A stretch of DNA of 64,000 nucleotides. It comes from an uncultured candidatus Porisulfidus sp. GTDB lineage: Bacteria > Pseudomonadota > Gammaproteobacteria > Poriferisulfidales > Oxydemutatoraceae. A program made the position numbers and the translations under genes. Shown piece after piece: positions 10,096-19,515 of the stretch (its first letter is position 1; each line of letters starts with the position of its first letter). The notes below the pieces were generated by a model. That model was not told where the DNA came from and searched no databases. It saw only the letters and a list, made by a program, of their open reading frames with translations. Where the stretch lies: contig OZ244052.1 in NCBI GenBank assembly GCA_965215125.1, positions 672,001 through 736,000 of the forward strand, written 5' to 3'.

Positions 10096-11025
10096 ATGAT
10101 TAAATGCCTGCTTTTAATTTTTGCATTGCTTGTAAATATGAGCGTGTTGGCACAAGAGCAAAACAGTGCCCTGCTCAATAGGTTACTGGATAAAGTGCAG
10201 CTGCTGCAAAACGAAGTAACCGAATTGCGCAACCAAAATGAACTTACGCAATTTGAACTAAAAACTTTACAAAAAAATCTAGACAAGCAGTTGAGTGAAC
10301 TAGAAACTAAAATCCATGAAACGCATACAAGAACGACGGTGTCACCGAAATCTACCGAAGCCATCCCCACCGAGACCCAACTAGAACAACTAAAAAATAA
10401 TTCCCAAAATTTAGAACAAAAGATCACTAAAACAAATAATCGCCTAGATGAACTTGTGCGTACGGTAAAAGAACTACAACTGCAAACACCCGAAGTACCT
10501 GTTATGGAACCCGAAGCACCTATCATAGAACCTGAAGCACCTATCATAGAACCGGAAGCACCCATCGTAGAACCTGAAGTGTCTCCCATAGAACCCGAAG
10601 AGAAGCCCTCTCCTATAGAACCTGCCGGATTACCCGACGAAGATGAATACGCCGCTTATAGCAAAGCGATGGGAGCTTTAGACCGCGCCGACTATACTCG
10701 TTTACGCGACAACCTAACTCGTTTTCTACAAGATTATCCCGAAGGGGATTATGCCGACGATGCAAGCTATTGGGTTGCCGAGTCGTATTATGCAGAAGGT
10801 GATTTAGAACAAGCAACATCGTATTTTACACAGCTAATTGAAAATTACGGCGACAGTGAAAAACGCGAACCGGCATTGCTCAAGATCGCCTATATACGGC
10901 TCAACAAAAAGCAGTGGGAAGACGCGCGTAAGATCTTGGAACGTTTGAAAAATGAAGCCGAAGACGAACAGGTGCGCAAACTAGCAATAGAACAACTGGA
11001 ACAGCTGGGAAACAAAGGACGCTAA
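10096..11025 (+). CDS. cpoB: Cell division coordinator CpoB/YbgF
   Basis: Signal peptide, coiled coil, Pro/Glu linker, TPR domain FLQDYPEGDYADDASYWVAESYY...ALLKIAY. Confidence 0.88.
   Translation: MIKCLLLIFALLVNMSVLAQEQNSALLNRLLDKVQLLQNEVTELRNQNELTQFELKTLQKNLDKQLSELETKIHETHTRTTVSPKSTEAIPTETQLEQLKNNSQNLEQKITKTNNRLDELVRTVKELQLQTPEVPVMEPEAPIIEPEAPIIEPEAPIVEPEVSPIEPEEKPSPIEPAGLPDEDEYAAYSKAMGALDRADYTRLRDNLTRFLQDYPEGDYADDASYWVAESYYAEGDLEQATSYFTQLIENYGDSEKREPALLKIAYIRLNKKQWEDARKILERLKNEAEDEQVRKLAIEQLEQLGNKGR
10507..10623 (+). repeat. Degenerate 21-bp in-frame repeat (EPEAPII-like, ~5 units) in the cpoB linker
   Basis: GAACCNGAAGCACCYATC units read directly. Confidence 0.85.
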
Positions 11026-11028
11026 GCC

Positions 11029-11679
11029 ATGGCACCGGCCGAAGCACTGAAGGTCAGTGAGATCTTTTATTCTTTGCAAGGCGAATCGCTAACAACCGGC
11101 ATACCGACGCTTTTTATTAGGCTTACCGGCTGTCCCCTTCGTTGTAGCTATTGTGACACCGAATACGCATTTAGCGGCGGGGAATGGATGACCATTGACA
11201 ATATCCTTAAACATGCCGAAGAGAGTAAAACCGACTATGTCACGGTAACCGGCGGCGAACCTTTGGCACAAAATCGCTGCTTGGATTTATTACGCAAGCT
11301 GTGCGATGCAAGATATCGTGTCTCTTTAGAAACCGGCGGTGCACACGACATCGCAAAAGTGGATCCTCGGGTAACGGTTGTCATGGACATTAAAACACCA
11401 TGTTCCGGAGAGGTTAACCGTAACCACTACGCCAACATCGCCCGATTACGCTCCGACGATCAAGTTAAGTTTGTGATTTGCAATCGAGAAGATTACGATT
11501 GGGCCAAGACATGCCTACAAAAACACGCATTGAAACGACGGTGTAATATATTATTTTCGCCGGCGTGGCAACGCCAAGACGCAAGCGAGCTAGCCGAATG
11601 GATACTCGCCGATAGACTCTCGGTGCGCATGCAAGTGCAATTACACAAAATATTGTGGGGAGAGGCACGCGGACGGTGA
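11029..11679 (+). CDS. queE: 7-carboxy-7-deazaguanine synthase (radical SAM)
   Basis: [35 protein letters not shown]. Confidence 0.96.
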   Translation: MAPAEALKVSEIFYSLQGESLTTGIPTLFIRLTGCPLRCSYCDTEYAFSGGEWMTIDNILKHAEESKTDYVTVTGGEPLAQNRCLDLLRKLCDARYRVSLETGGAHDIAKVDPRVTVVMDIKTPCSGEVNRNHYANIARLRSDDQVKFVICNREDYDWAKTCLQKHALKRRCNILFSPAWQRQDASELAEWILADRLSVRMQVQLHKILWGEARGR

Positions 11680-11687
11680 ATACCAAT

Positions 11688-12377
11688 ATGCCGTTAAGTG
11701 CCGTGGTGCTTCTATCGGGTGGACTAGACTCGGCAACGGTATTAGCACTCGCTAAGTCGCAAGGTTATCTTTGTCATGCACTGAGTTTTGACTACGGGCA
11801 ACGCCACGCAGCCGAAATTGACGCTGCCCGACGGATTGCCGATCACCTTAAAGTAGAAAAACACCTGATATTTGCTCTCTCGCTCGATTCGATAGGAGGC
11901 TCCGCTTTAACCGACTCAGAAATTGAAGTGCCAGCCACGCCACGGTCTTCCATCCACACGGAGGATATTATCCCTATAACTTATGTGCCGGCGAGAAATC
12001 TAATTTTTTTATCAATCGCATTAGCATGGGCGGAAACTCTGGATATCGATACCATCTTTATAGGCGTGAACGCAATAGACTATTCGGGTTATCCGGATTG
12101 TCGTCCGAATTTTATAAAGTGCTTTGAAAACATCGCAAAACTAGCTACCCGAAGCGGTGTACAACAAAATGAATTTCGCATTAACGCGCCTTTGATATCA
12201 ATGCGTAAATCGGAGATTATAAAATGCGGCGCGCAACTGGGATTGGACTATTCGCTCACCGTCTCGTGTTATCAAGCGAATGACGAGGGTCAGGCCTGCG
12301 GAATATGCGATGCCTGCCGATTCAGACAACAAGGTTTTAAGGAAGCGGGTATCGCCGACCCTACTTGCTATTACTAA
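11688..12377 (+). CDS. queC: 7-cyano-7-deazaguanine synthase
   Basis: [39 protein letters not shown]. Confidence 0.97.
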   Translation: MPLSAVVLLSGGLDSATVLALAKSQGYLCHALSFDYGQRHAAEIDAARRIADHLKVEKHLIFALSLDSIGGSALTDSEIEVPATPRSSIHTEDIIPITYVPARNLIFLSIALAWAETLDIDTIFIGVNAIDYSGYPDCRPNFIKCFENIAKLATRSGVQQNEFRINAPLISMRKSEIIKCGAQLGLDYSLTVSCYQANDEGQACGICDACRFRQQGFKEAGIADPTCYY

Positions 12378-12398
12378 AATAACCGATATATGTATAAC

Positions 12399-13205
12399 AT
12401 GATTATTTCCCACAAATATAAAATGATCTTTATAAAAATAATGAAAAATGCCGGCTCATCGTTTGAAATGGCGTTTGCAAAGTATTGTGGTCCGAACGAC
12501 ATCATCACACCGATAGCAATTGATAAAACAATTGATGAAAGAAAAAGGGTTGGATACAACAAAGGACAAAATTACACGGTACCTTATGAGTATAAACTTA
12601 AGCATCGTAGAACTATATTGATGAATCCTCCTAGGTTTGTTCAACATAGTGGTGCTAAAAGGATACAACAACTAATTCCCGAGCAAGTTTGGAACAGCTA
12701 CTTAAAAGTAGCTATCATCCGCTCCCCATACGACATGTTAATTTCTTATTACTATTGGCTAAAACGCCTCCCTCAGAATGAAATCAAGGACTTTGAGAAC
12801 TATGCATTAGAACGAGGGATTAAATGGCTTATTGGGAATTACAAAAAACTCCAGATTGACGGAAAATTAATAATTAATTTTATGATCAGATATGAAAATC
12901 TAAACGAAGATATTAAAAAACTTGAAATGAAAATAGGTTGTGACGGTGTGCTAGAATCCTTAACAAACCTCCATGCAAAAGGTGACTTCCGTCCTAAAAC
13001 AGAAAACACCTCTGTTCATAAAATATATTTTGAACACCCCAAGGTGAAGATAAAAACCGATAAGGCACTTCATGAAAACTTCGGCCGAGACGAGTTACAA
13101 AAATATTTTTCAGCCTACAAATCCGGATTAGAAAAAGCCATAGACGAATATAGAGATGCTGGTATAATTAGCCGCTTAAATAAATATATCAATAGATGGA
13201 CTTAG
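12399..13205 (+). CDS. Sulfotransferase family 2-type protein, paralog 1
   Basis: MIISHKYKMIFIKIMKNAGSSFE (5'-PSB-like), IRSPYDMLISYYYW (3'-PB-like), IRYENLNED; AT-rich. Confidence 0.8.
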   Translation: MIISHKYKMIFIKIMKNAGSSFEMAFAKYCGPNDIITPIAIDKTIDERKRVGYNKGQNYTVPYEYKLKHRRTILMNPPRFVQHSGAKRIQQLIPEQVWNSYLKVAIIRSPYDMLISYYYWLKRLPQNEIKDFENYALERGIKWLIGNYKKLQIDGKLIINFMIRYENLNEDIKKLEMKIGCDGVLESLTNLHAKGDFRPKTENTSVHKIYFEHPKVKIKTDKALHENFGRDELQKYFSAYKSGLEKAIDEYRDAGIISRLNKYINRWT

Positions 13206-14416
13206 TACAACAAACCCTATTGTGGGCATTCCTAATCGCATTACTCGTAGGTGCGGTTGCAAACAAAACCAATTTCTGTACGATGGGAGCGGTTTCCGAC
13301 TGCATCAACACCGGCGACACCGGGCGAATGCGGGCGTGGGTGTTTGCTATCGGCACGGCAATCGCTATCGTTGCATTGCTGGAAATATGGGCGCAAGTGG
13401 ATTTATCGTTGGTAGAAGACGGTAAAACCGGCAAACCACCCTACACAACTCCGCAATTCGTATGGTTACGCTACATACTCGGTGGATTGCTATTCGGTAT
13501 CGGCATGACCTTAGGTTCGGGGTGCGGCAACAAAACTTTAGTACGCATAGGTGGCGGCAACCTGAAATCTATATTCGTCTTTTTGATTATGGGCGTAGGT
13601 GCCTATTTGATGATTTATACCGATTTCGGTTTTTATGTATTTTTGAAATGGATGCCGGCGATAAATTTGAACGATTACGGTATACCGAGTCAAAGTATTA
13701 GTGCAATACTGCTATACGGACTGCCTCTGGGCATGGAGAATACCGTAAACGGCAAACTTATCATTGCCCTGATTATTGCTATCGCGCTCTTTATATGGTG
13801 TTTTAAGTCCACCGATTTCTCTAAAAACACGGATAACATCATCGGCGGTACGATTATCGGTGGGGCGGTTGCACTCGCATGGTATGTCACGGCAGGACCG
13901 CACGGGCAAGAACTATTGGAAGAAGTAGAATTTCTGGATCAAATACCATACGATGTGGGTGCACAGTCGCTTACCTTCGTAAAGCCGAGCGGACACTTCT
14001 ATTATTGGATACGAGAAGGTTTTTCATCTCAGTATCTCTCTTTTGCGCTGATAGCAGCGTCGGGAATTATCGTAGGTTCGTTTTTATATGCGATATTTAC
14101 CAAGAGCTTTCGTATTGAATGGTTTGCCAACTTCAAAGATTTTGTAAACCATTTTGTAGGCGGCTTGCTGATGGGCATCGGTGGTGTACTAGCCTTAGGC
14201 TGTACTTTCGGACAGGCGATTAGCGGTGCATCTACACTTGCGTTGGGTGCTTTACTCACTTTCATCTTTATTGTTCTAGGCGCGACAGCGACAATGAAAG
14301 TCAGCTACTATAAACTCTTATACGGAGACGATGCGAGCTTCCCCAAAGCTCTGCTGGCAACCTTAGCAGACCTCAAACTAATTCCCGGCAAGTGGCGTCA
14401 ATTAGAATCAATTTGA
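13196..14416 (+). CDS. YeeE/YedE-family sulfur-compound transporter
   Basis: Polytopic membrane protein with NKTNFCTMGAVSD, GMTLGSGCG, GGVLALGCTFGQ conserved Cys motifs. Confidence 0.9.
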   Translation: MDLVQQTLLWAFLIALLVGAVANKTNFCTMGAVSDCINTGDTGRMRAWVFAIGTAIAIVALLEIWAQVDLSLVEDGKTGKPPYTTPQFVWLRYILGGLLFGIGMTLGSGCGNKTLVRIGGGNLKSIFVFLIMGVGAYLMIYTDFGFYVFLKWMPAINLNDYGIPSQSISAILLYGLPLGMENTVNGKLIIALIIAIALFIWCFKSTDFSKNTDNIIGGTIIGGAVALAWYVTAGPHGQELLEEVEFLDQIPYDVGAQSLTFVKPSGHFYYWIREGFSSQYLSFALIAASGIIVGSFLYAIFTKSFRIEWFANFKDFVNHFVGGLLMGIGGVLALGCTFGQAISGASTLALGALLTFIFIVLGATATMKVSYYKLLYGDDASFPKALLATLADLKLIPGKWRQLESI

Positions 14417-14435
14417 GATCTAATAGGGTAATCCG

Positions 14436-15233
14436 TTGATTATCTCTCATAAATTAAAAGTTATATTTATAAAAACCTATAAAACCGCAGGTTCATCTTT
14501 TGAACTTGCACTGTCAAAATATTGCGGGCTGGACGATACTTATACTCCGGTAAACTCAGAACTACACATCAGACGATCTTGGAATATCCCCGAATATCAA
14601 AATACTACAATAAGAGGGGAAGAGTGTAGGAATCATGCTCCGGCATTTAAAGTAAAAGCAGATGTACCCAAAGATATATGGCATAACTACTTAAAAGTAT
14701 CTATTATCCGTTGTCCTTACGATACAGTGATTTCTGAATACTATTGGTCTCAAAGAAAAAAGCAAAGACCTAACGTTAACATGACCCAATGGTTTTTTAA
14801 AAAACTAAACAAATCGTTTCCACTTTATGACAAGCTGTGTATTAACAACCGGCCGGTGATTGATTTTTTAATCAGATACGAACATTTAAACGAGGATATT
14901 AAAAAACTAGAAATAAAAATAGGTTGTCCCGGTTTATTAGAAACTTTTCAAAATATCCGAACTAAATCTAATATCCGTCCGCCGGGAAAAGATATTTATA
15001 CAGTCTATTCTCAAAATCCTATAGCAAGGGCAATAATGGATAAGTGGTATGAAAAAACTAAGCAAAATGAGTTAATAGAAAGGTATTATCCGATATACAG
15101 AGAAAGGCTAAATCAAAAAATTGGTCTCCTCAGTCCAAGATATCTCTCGTTCGTAGCCGATTTGATACACGAATACTCCTCATTTAAGGAGTTTATGAAG
15201 AAACCCCCAATTGAGCTTATAGGGACAGAATAA
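14436..15233 (+). CDS. Sulfotransferase family 2-type protein, paralog 2 (TTG start)
   Basis: IISHKLKVIFIKTYKTAGSSFE, IRCPYDTVISEYYW, IRYEHLNEDIKKLEIKIGC; colinear with paralog 1. Confidence 0.8.
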   Translation: MIISHKLKVIFIKTYKTAGSSFELALSKYCGLDDTYTPVNSELHIRRSWNIPEYQNTTIRGEECRNHAPAFKVKADVPKDIWHNYLKVSIIRCPYDTVISEYYWSQRKKQRPNVNMTQWFFKKLNKSFPLYDKLCINNRPVIDFLIRYEHLNEDIKKLEIKIGCPGLLETFQNIRTKSNIRPPGKDIYTVYSQNPIARAIMDKWYEKTKQNELIERYYPIYRERLNQKIGLLSPRYLSFVADLIHEYSSFKEFMKKPPIELIGTE

Positions 15234-15314
15234 AGCCGGCGATTGGGCCGGTGGGTCAATCGGCAATTCTGATGTCCGCCCGATAGGTCAATCGGCGTGA
15301 CATTGTGTAGAACC
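15221..15314 (+). repeat. Repeat family A, double copy (both subtypes in tandem)
   Basis: AGGGACAGAATAAAGCCGGCGATTGGGCCGGTGGGTCAATCGGCAATTCTGATGTCC then GATAGGTCAATCGGCGTGACATTGTGTAGAACC. Confidence 0.85.
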
Positions 15315-15324
15315 ACGATATGAC

Positions 15325-16116
15325 CTACAAATTAGCAAATGCCATTTCAAAGTCTATATGAGTTTGAACTTGCCGAGGTGGCTCCCTAAAATCGGAGGCG
15401 GTGAAAAAATAAACTATCAAACGCGAAGGACTAGCGGATAATCTAGGAAAAATATCTCGATTTACCGAAATCCTTATCATTTGGTAGTTTCTAGGGGGAG
15501 AAAAATCTTCCATATAATAGCCGGTCTCGGATTGATACGATTTGAATTCTTGGCTATCTCGGGTCATTGACAGAATATTTTGTATACCTTTGTAGAGCTC
15601 CTTAAAAGGTGCGTACCATCTATTCAAGTCCGCTTGCCGGTGGTTGCGAGGCAGTGTGGTCCAAGTTGCAAACATAGGTAAATGAAAACTTGCCAACCCA
15701 CCGATGATGTTCACGTGCGATTTGGTTGTGCTCAATAGATAATGATTATGGTACATTGAGATAGGAATAGATAATTTCTCCATTTCTGCCAGTATCTGTT
15801 TTTTTTCCTGCATTTTTTCTTGCAAGAAAATTTGGTCTACCCGAGGTTGCTTCTCTAGTTCTCGCAACTGCTGGTGCTGCCAGTTTAAGTGTTGCATAAT
15901 CTCGCTACGCATATCGTTGTTTGTATTAATTTCAATCAAACTATGCAATAAACGCAAGATATCTATTACCGCATAATCCTGCTTAGCCGAGAACCTCGCT
16001 TCAATTTCGTCGATTAGATATTCATAGCGTAGAAAATGTCTCATTCTACTGTTGAGTGGAATCTCATAAATCGTAGTCGTTCTATGCTCTTGTTCCGAGG
16101 TTTCTATTTTGTCCAT
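15325..16116 (-). CDS. zapD: Cell division protein ZapD (divergent)
   Basis: IYEIPLNSRMRHFLRYEYL, IIGGLASFHLP, FPRLSA; position after coaE. Confidence 0.85.
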   Translation of the reverse strand: MDKIETSEQEHRTTTIYEIPLNSRMRHFLRYEYLIDEIEARFSAKQDYAVIDILRLLHSLIEINTNNDMRSEIMQHLNWQHQQLRELEKQPRVDQIFLQEKMQEKKQILAEMEKLSIPISMYHNHYLLSTTKSHVNIIGGLASFHLPMFATWTTLPRNHRQADLNRWYAPFKELYKGIQNILSMTRDSQEFKSYQSETGYYMEDFSPPRNYQMIRISVNRDIFPRLSASPSRLIVYFFTASDFREPPRQVQTHIDFEMAFANL

Positions 16117-16685
16117 TCTTTATGTAATTTATGCACTTGTTGTTTTAGATGATTTATATCTAAGCTATTATCAATCACCTTGTCTGAAACTTCTAGTCTT
16201 TGTTTGCGAGTAGCTTGAACACTAACGATGCGGGTTGCTTCTTCTACACTTAAATCATCGCGGACAACGATTCTTTCAATTTGAGTTTGCTGCGGGCAAT
16301 CAACCACAACGATACAATCGACTAAATCTGTCATTTGAACCTCTAGCAACAAGGGTATGACAACCACGCAATAAGGTGCTTCTATATCATCAATACGTCG
16401 CTTCAATTCCATACGGATGGGCGGATGCATAATATCATTGAGCTGCATTCTAGCCTTTTTATCCGAAAATATAATTCGCCGTAACATTGCTCTATCCAAC
16501 CGATTATTTTTGACGATCTCGGTCCCGAAGACAGCTACTATTTGTTGCAACTGAGGACTACCGGGAAGCACAAGTTCCCTAGCGATAGTATCGGCATCTA
16601 TGATCGGTGTACCGAAATTCGCAAATAGTTGAGCTACGGTACTCTTGCCGCTACCTGCTCCGCCGTATAATGCTACCTTCAACAT
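16104..16685 (-). CDS. coaE: Dephospho-CoA kinase
   Basis: GGAGSGKSTV, IIDADTIARELV, LDRAMLR, HPPIR, IPLLLE. Confidence 0.95.
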   Translation of the reverse strand: MLKVALYGGAGSGKSTVAQLFANFGTPIIDADTIARELVLPGSPQLQQIVAVFGTEIVKNNRLDRAMLRRIIFSDKKARMQLNDIMHPPIRMELKRRIDDIEAPYCVVVIPLLLEVQMTDLVDCIVVVDCPQQTQIERIVVRDDLSVEEATRIVSVQATRKQRLEVSDKVIDNSLDINHLKQQVHKLHKEWTK

Positions 16686-16695
16686 TTGTAACTCA

Positions 16696-17562
16696 CTACA
16701 TCGGATGAATTATCTCAAAAGGCATTTTGAGTTTCGAATAAAATAAAAAAGATAATATACCCGAGAAAGCCAAATGAGGCCCGAACGGAATTGCATCCGA
16801 GAGCGCATAATGTTGTCTCAAACGTATCATGCCATAAAAAATTAAACCGCTCAGCGATGCAATCAAAACCAAAGCAGGGAGTACTTCCCAACCTAGCCAA
16901 GCCCCTATGGCAGCCAATAATTTCATATCGCCCTGCCCCAATCCGTGACGACCACGAAGCAGCTTAAATGCCTGATTTAACAGAAAAAAAGACGAATATC
17001 CCAACACCGCACCTAAGATTGCCTGTTCTGCCGCTACGATGATATCAAAGCAATTTAACAATAGCCCTGCCCATATCAAAGGGATAGTAATCTCATCTAC
17101 CAGATAACCCTCTTTTTGATCGATGCAAGCCAATGCGATCAAACTCGAAGCGAACAACACACCGAGAATACTCATATACGAAACGCCATAGATCGCAAAA
17201 ATGATTAACCAAATAACCGTCGTCAATAATTCTATAAACGGGTAGCGCATACTAATAGGTTCATGGCAGTATGCACACGATCCTCTTAACAATATAAAAC
17301 TGAGTATCGGAATTTTATGCCGCCACAATATCGATGTTTTGCAACGGGTGCAGTGAGAACTCGGATAGAGTAAAGAAAAGTTACTTGGAGCCTGCTCATG
17401 CTCCGGCTCTGCAAGCAATGCTTGCGCATCATCGTGCCACCGTTGTCTTAAAATTAAAGGCAATCTATAAATAACTACATTCAAAAAGCTACCTACAATC
17501 AAACCTAAAACAGCGACTGAAATCCACCACGCAAGGTCGGGAACAAAGGCTACTTTATACAT
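16696..17562 (-). CDS. pilD: Prepilin peptidase/N-methyltransferase
   Basis: GSFLNVVIYRLP, SHCTRC and CAYC, GLGQGDMKLLAAIGAWLG, IPFGP. Confidence 0.95.
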   Translation of the reverse strand: MYKVAFVPDLAWWISVAVLGLIVGSFLNVVIYRLPLILRQRWHDDAQALLAEPEHEQAPSNFSLLYPSSHCTRCKTSILWRHKIPILSFILLRGSCAYCHEPISMRYPFIELLTTVIWLIIFAIYGVSYMSILGVLFASSLIALACIDQKEGYLVDEITIPLIWAGLLLNCFDIIVAAEQAILGAVLGYSSFFLLNQAFKLLRGRHGLGQGDMKLLAAIGAWLGWEVLPALVLIASLSGLIFYGMIRLRQHYALSDAIPFGPHLAFSGILSFLFYSKLKMPFEIIHPM

Positions 17563-17671
17563 TAGCGGGAGACCGAAACTTCATTGGATCATTATACAAT
17601 GAGGCTATTGAAAAATATTATTAAACCACCCGTTGTTGCGGTTGGGTTTGTGCGATTGCGGCGTGTTCGCG

Positions 17672-17719
17672 ACCACCCCGTTAGGCTGCGCCTGACACCC
17701 CTCCAGAGGAGGGGAATAA
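17672..17719 (-). repeat. Dispersed double-hairpin repeat family B, single 48-bp unit
   Basis: Reverse complement TTATTCCCCTCCTCTGGAGGGGTGTCAGGCGCAGCCTAACGGGGTGGT matches the units at 42553-42676. Confidence 0.9.
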
Positions 17720-17745
17720 CACGCTTCCAACACATCAATTGATCT

Positions 17746-18936
17746 TTATAATGCGAAACCAAGCGTAAAGATAGGGATGTACATTGCCGCAATAATCCAG
17801 CCGACTATCGCTGCCACCGAGCAAATTAATGCAGGTTCCACCCAGTGCATCATGTTGTGCATTTGAACATCGAAGCGGTCGTTATAATAAGTTGCTATTT
17901 GGGCTAAGGACTGCGCCAGTTGACCGCTATCTATGCCGACCCGTATCATTTGCTTCATAAATTGTTCAAAAAAATCTATTTTGCAAATCGCATCGTATAG
18001 GCTTGCCCCTTGGTCTATATCGTGTTTGAGTTTTTCTAAAGCACTTTTGAATACGGCATCTTGCGTAGCCGACGGCAACCATTCCATCGCTTTATCTATA
18101 GGGACACCGGCTTGATAAGCCAAACCTAAAGTAGTCGCAAAAAAACTTTGAAAATAGCTACGTCTAAGAGAACCACAAAGAGGAAGCCTCAAGAAAACAT
18201 ACGATGTGATATATCTAAACATCACAACCGTACGGTGTAGCAATAAACCGATTATATAAACCGACAACAACACAATCAGCAATGCACCACCGTGTTGTTC
18301 CAACCAAGACGAAAAATCCAAAGTTAACTGCGTATAGTTCGGTAATGCACCGCCAAGTGCCGTATAGCTTTTCTCAAACTGAGGCACCACCGTTTTTAAC
18401 AACAAAACCATCACCGCTATTGCCACACCTAATATCAACGAAGGATACGCTAAGGCACGCTTTAAGCTACGCAATGCAAGAATTTGCTTTTCCTTTTGTG
18501 CTGCAAGTTCATTCAGCAATGCAACCAATTTACCGCTATCTTCTCCGATGCGAATCATATTGACTAGGTATTGCTGTCGACTATCCAAATGAGGTTTTAA
18601 GCCCTCGGATAAACTCAACCCCGACTTGAGGCAATGCAACAAACGAGCGAGTACCGCTTTGAGCTTGAACGGTGCTTGCTCGTAAAGCAACTGTAATGCC
18701 GAGTCCATAGGCAACCCGGCGTTTAATAATGTTGCCAACCGCTTCATCAAAAAGCCTAATAACTTTGTATCCAAACGTTGCACCGAGCGAACATCTTGCG
18801 CCTTGACCAAAATAATCCCTTGATGCTCCAAGTGTTGCAAAAGCACACTCTCGTCTTCTGCCACATACAGACCGTCGATAGTGCTGCCGTCGGAAGCAAT
18901 ACCTCGCCACTTAAATAACCGGGCCGGTGTTTGCAT
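17746..18936 (-). CDS. pilC: Type IV pilus platform protein (PilC/GspF family, divergent)
   Basis: FKWRG, LATLLNAGLP, MIRIGEDSGKL, ALAYPS, VVPQF, EPALI, AMYIPIF. Confidence 0.88.
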   Translation of the reverse strand: MQTPARLFKWRGIASDGSTIDGLYVAEDESVLLQHLEHQGIILVKAQDVRSVQRLDTKLLGFLMKRLATLLNAGLPMDSALQLLYEQAPFKLKAVLARLLHCLKSGLSLSEGLKPHLDSRQQYLVNMIRIGEDSGKLVALLNELAAQKEKQILALRSLKRALAYPSLILGVAIAVMVLLLKTVVPQFEKSYTALGGALPNYTQLTLDFSSWLEQHGGALLIVLLSVYIIGLLLHRTVVMFRYITSYVFLRLPLCGSLRRSYFQSFFATTLGLAYQAGVPIDKAMEWLPSATQDAVFKSALEKLKHDIDQGASLYDAICKIDFFEQFMKQMIRVGIDSGQLAQSLAQIATYYNDRFDVQMHNMMHWVEPALICSVAAIVGWIIAAMYIPIFTLGFAL

Positions 18937-18940
18937 TAGT

Positions 18941-19390
18941 TCAGCGGCAGTTTGACGGCAAATACTTGGAATCTATAGGGTCGGATTCGCTTTGATCGTG
19001 GCTACAAACCCAACGCAAGGATCCCGTTTCGGGTACCGCCGTCAACAACAATGCTTTGCCGGCAACCGCTTCGGAGACACTTTCGGACAAAGTCAATTTG
19101 ATCATCGCCCTGCTATCGTCGTCTCCTTCCTTCCGATAGCCGATTGCAGAAATATATTCGGTATTAAAAGTAGTGTCTATCCCTGCCACATCGGCATTCT
19201 CAGGCAATTCTGCCATCGTGATATAGTACTCGGAAACCATTACTTTTAAGGAACTCGCAACATTCATAGCTTCGGAAATTTTGGCTCGCACGGTATAATC
19301 TTGATAGGTCGGTATAGCTAAAGACAACAGTATGCCTACTATCGCTATAGCAATCATCAATTCTATTAATGTAAAACCTTTAATTTTCAT
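18941..19390 (-). CDS. pilA: Type IVa major pilin
   Basis: Short leader MKIKG/FTLIELMIAIAIVGIL, YQDYTVRAK, C-terminal Cys pair (WVC...YLPSNCR); GAGGAG RBS supports ATG 19390. Confidence 0.93.
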   Translation of the reverse strand: MKIKGFTLIELMIAIAIVGILLSLAIPTYQDYTVRAKISEAMNVASSLKVMVSEYYITMAELPENADVAGIDTTFNTEYISAIGYRKEGDDDSRAMIKLTLSESVSEAVAGKALLLTAVPETGSLRWVCSHDQSESDPIDSKYLPSNCR

Positions 19391-19457
19391 GCTTAATCTC
19401 CTCATAAAGTCAACAGTCCTATTATCCGATTTAGAGAGTTATCTGAAGCCCAATAAA

Positions 19458-19488
19458 AATAAACGGTCATATATTTCCGACGAACGGT
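19458..19488 (-). promoter_or_regulatory. Tandem AlgR/LytTR-type binding sites upstream of pilA
   Basis: Minus strand ACCGTTCGTC (19488-19479) equals the P. aeruginosa AlgR site; ACCGTTTATT (19467-19458) lies 21 bp downstream. Confidence 0.7.
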
Positions 19489-19515
19489 AGTTAATTCTTC
19501 AAAAGATCCCCGAAA

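Noticed and set aside
10077-10589. 170-aa minus-strand ORF with GASGSMI repeats
   Set aside because: Antisense shadow of the cpoB linker
11029-12377. queE-queC as a 7-deazaguanine DNA-modification (dpd) or QatC-type defence system
   Set aside because: Canonical housekeeping position after cpoB; no dpdA/tgt-like or qat genes nearby
17592-17792. Short ORFs sharing IPLLWRG..RSLTGW (also 42551-42742) or LHNVTPIDL (1802, 15113, 26627 frames) as a small-protein family
   Set aside because: They are translations of repeat families B and A; no RBS or other coding evidence
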